Shown here: one piece after another, positions 62,046 to 64,000 of the stretch
How the letters are laid out: each line of letters begins with the position of its first letter
How positions within the stretch are numbered: the first letter of the stretch is position 1
NCBI GenBank assembly: GCA_963711085.1
Contig: CAVQCT010000002.1
Location: forward strand, 1,227,678-1,291,677
DNA from: an uncultured candidate division Zixibacteria bacterium
Lineage (GTDB): Bacteria > Zixibacteria > MSB-5A5 > GN15 > FEB-12
Direction of reading: 5' to 3'
Length of the DNA stretch: 64,000 nucleotides
Translations under genes and position numbers: made by a program
The notes under the pieces: generated by a model
Databases searched by the model: none
Told to the model about the DNA's origin: nothing
The model's input: only the letters and a program-made list of their open reading frames with translations

Positions 62046-62660
62046 TTAGAATCGTCTCAGGAGGCCGACTACTTTTCCGGCGATTCGAAATTCTTTCGAG
62101 CCTTTGTTCACCAGGATCGGCTTGAATTGATCATTCTCCGGCTGGAGGCGGATCTGCTGTCCCTCCGGGAAGTACCGCTTGACCGTGGCTTCTTCGCCGA
62201 TGATGGCAACCACGATCTCGCCGCTTCGGGCCACCTGCTGCTTCTGAACGATTACGATATCGCCGTCGAGAATGCCGGCATCTCTCATCGAATCGCCAAC
62301 AACCTTCAATGTAAAGGCGTCTTCCTTCGGCAGGAAAGAAGCATCAACTACAATCTCGCCTTCAAGATTCTCGATAGCATCAATCGGCACACCGGCCGGG
62401 ACCGATCCAACCAGCGGCAGGCGCTTGATATCGCCGGCCAGGGAAGAGGTTAACTCAAGGCCGCGCGCCACAAACTCCTGCTTTTTGAGGTAGCCCTTCT
62501 TGATGAGGGCCCTGATATGCTGGCGCACGCCGTTGGTCGAACTTATCGCCATCCGGGCACCGATCTCTCTGATAGTCGGCGGTGATCCATGCGCCGTGAC
62601 ATGCTCGCGGATAAACTCCAGAACTTCCCGCTGCCGGTCAGTCAAACTGATCTTGACCAT
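62046..62660 (-). CDS. lexA: LexA repressor
   Basis: ATG 62660 follows AAGGAG. N-terminal wHTH LTDRQREVLEFI...PTIREIG, cleavage-site and S24 peptidase motifs (GDSMRDAGI, the Ser nucleophile, and GKVVGLLRRF with Lys). Confidence 0.9.
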   Translation of the reverse strand: MVKISLTDRQREVLEFIREHVTAHGSPPTIREIGARMAISSTNGVRQHIRALIKKGYLKKQEFVARGLELTSSLAGDIKRLPLVGSVPAGVPIDAIENLEGEIVVDASFLPKEDAFTLKVVGDSMRDAGILDGDIVIVQKQQVARSGEIVVAIIGEEATVKRYFPEGQQIRLQPENDQFKPILVNKGSKEFRIAGKVVGLLRRF

Positions 62661-62693
62661 CGGTAACTCCTTTTCCTTACATTGCGCGATCTT

Positions 62694-62722
62694 AGTATAC
62701 TGCTCATTTGTGTATATGTCAA
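62694..62722 (-). promoter_or_regulatory. Consensus-like sigma70 promoter of lexA
   Basis: The minus strand reads TTGACA (62722..62717), 17 nt, TATACT (62699..62694), leaving a ~27-nt leader to the ATG. Confidence 0.55.
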
Positions 62723-62990
62723 TATAGAATCGGTAGTTTGGCCTCAGGATGTGATCTTGCGCGAATCCGCTGGGTTTCAGTGCCATATGAATAATATGTC
62801 AAGTGTCACGCTAAATAATAGAGGGCGAAAAGCGACCCCGGCTCAGAAAAACTGTTTGAAAGTAGTGTAATGAGGCTATATTAGTAATGTTCAGGTCAGG
62901 TTGCGGATATTCACGTTTCTGCACTTCCCACGGCGCGATTATCGTCTGACAAAGGACAAGTACCGAGTTCGCAAATAGAACGGAGGTCTT

Positions 62991-63344
62991 ATGAAAACCT
63001 TTGTAATGATGACCAAGATTGCACCGCATGACGCCGACATCATCGACATCACCAACAAAATGAAGCGCCATACGAGAAACAGTCCTGCGCGGATCGACGA
63101 GATCCAGAAAAAGTGCCCGGATGTAAAATTTCTGGCGCATTATGCTCTGCTCGGTCCGTACGATTTCATGGACGTCTACGAGGCTCCCGATGAAAGGACC
63201 GCCGCCGTCGTCTCATTGTTGAGCCGTGCGTACGGCGCCTTCCAGATCGAAAGCTGGACCGCGATACCGTGCAAGGATATCGAGGAGATAGTCCCCGGAT
63301 TCTGTCCCGAGGAGACCGAACCGGCGACCCGGGTGGCCGACTGA
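62991..63344 (+). CDS. GYD domain protein
   Basis: 117-aa ORF. The MKTFVMMTKI...HYALLGPYDFMDVYEAPDERTAAVVSL pattern is that of the GYD family. GGAGG SD. Confidence 0.7.
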   Translation: MKTFVMMTKIAPHDADIIDITNKMKRHTRNSPARIDEIQKKCPDVKFLAHYALLGPYDFMDVYEAPDERTAAVVSLLSRAYGAFQIESWTAIPCKDIEEIVPGFCPEETEPATRVAD

Positions 63345-63484
63345 CTCCAGCCTGCTTTCGGTCACATTGAATTGGTATATGAGCCGCTCTCCAATCCTGG
63401 ATGCGGTATGGGAATGGGTCTGTCCGCAAGGGGCAGCCTGTCCAATTAATTCAGCTTAAGTAGTTTGAAAGGAGGCCATGTCTT

Positions 63485-63955
63485 ATGTCTGTTTTCCGAA
63501 TAGCCGTCCTTATGGTCGTGCTGGTTGCCGGAGTGACTTATGCCCAAGACTCGACTATGTCCGGCCCGTTTACGTCAATCGAAACCGCCGTCTGTAGCGG
63601 GATCTCCGATCGAATGCCTGTGGGAGAAGATTCGGTGTTCAGCGCCGATGTAGATACTGTCTTTCTCTGGACCAAACTCACCGGTGCCACCGATACCACT
63701 GAGATCACTGACGTCTGGATGCGGGACGGCGAAGAAATCGCCGTGGTTTCGCTGCCGGTCCGAAGTTCCAACTGGCGTACGTGGAGCTACAAAAGCCGGA
63801 TCCCGAAATGGTCCGGGAATTGGGAAGTGAAGATCGAAGATGCCCAGGGGAATATCCTGAAGTCGGTCAGTTTCCGAATTGGAGAACCGGCGATGAAGAT
63901 GTCACCTCCCCCCGCTTCAGACAGTACGATGAACAGCGCTGACAGCTCGAAATAG
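63485..63955 (+). CDS. Secreted DUF2914-like protein
   Basis: Signal peptide. VFLWTKLTG...ITDVWMRDGEEIAVVSLPVRSSNWRTWSYK...GNWEVKIEDAQGNIL resembles DUF2914. Confidence 0.5.
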   Translation: MSVFRIAVLMVVLVAGVTYAQDSTMSGPFTSIETAVCSGISDRMPVGEDSVFSADVDTVFLWTKLTGATDTTEITDVWMRDGEEIAVVSLPVRSSNWRTWSYKSRIPKWSGNWEVKIEDAQGNILKSVSFRIGEPAMKMSPPPASDSTMNSADSSK

Positions 63956-64000
63956 TCCAGCGCCTTGCATTTCTCTTGAAAACGACAGCGGGCCGCCTTC

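Overview
The window looks like core chromosome from a diderm bacterium, probably an uncultured FCB-superphylum-like lineage. That inference rests on a cargo protein with a T9SS type-A C-terminal sorting domain, Mla and MsbA/heptosyltransferase LPS genes, and two GT39+TPR proteins. Expression signals are classical. The 16S 3' end carries the CCTCC anti-SD, most genes have GGAGG/AAGGAG ribosome-binding sites, and several near-perfect TTGACA-N17-TATAAT-type promoters are visible. In order, the window holds: pckA, an aminotransferase, pta and prfB (minus strand; prfB needs its programmed +1 frameshift). Next come an MBL hydrolase, a PHP phosphatase, an Mpg glycosylase, gdh and an M50 protease. Then a lipoprotein, msbA and a GT4 gene, all frame-disrupted, followed by GT9-GT2-GT9 LPS-core genes and rel. 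Then an M28/PDZ peptidase, a permease, comF, a Xer recombinase, a pseudo-receiver/degenerate GGDEF protein, GT39-TPR, a C69 dipeptidase, an OPT transporter, T9SS cargo, a PP-loop enzyme and mlaEFD. Then a radical SAM gene, a DUF1028 protein and a second GT39-TPR. A complete rrn operon follows (16S, tRNA-Ile, tRNA-Ala, 23S, 5S). Downstream is a small, visibly AT-richer accessory patch with a frameshifted DUF2971 gene, a RAYT transposase and an array of composite REP hairpin repeats. The window ends with def, a SpoU methyltransferase, yceI, lexA and a GYD-domain gene. I found no CRISPR array, prophage or recognisable defence/toxin system. The items most worth a second look are: (1) four same-direction (+1) frame disruptions packed into three adjacent envelope genes at 9.6-12.7 kb; (2) a ~130-nt orphan transcription unit with a perfect sigma70-type promoter and intrinsic terminator at 41.4-41.6 kb, a candidate structured sRNA or leader; (3) the RAYT/REP island next to the rrn operon. 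All functional calls come from motif recognition by eye, with no database search, so they need confirmation.
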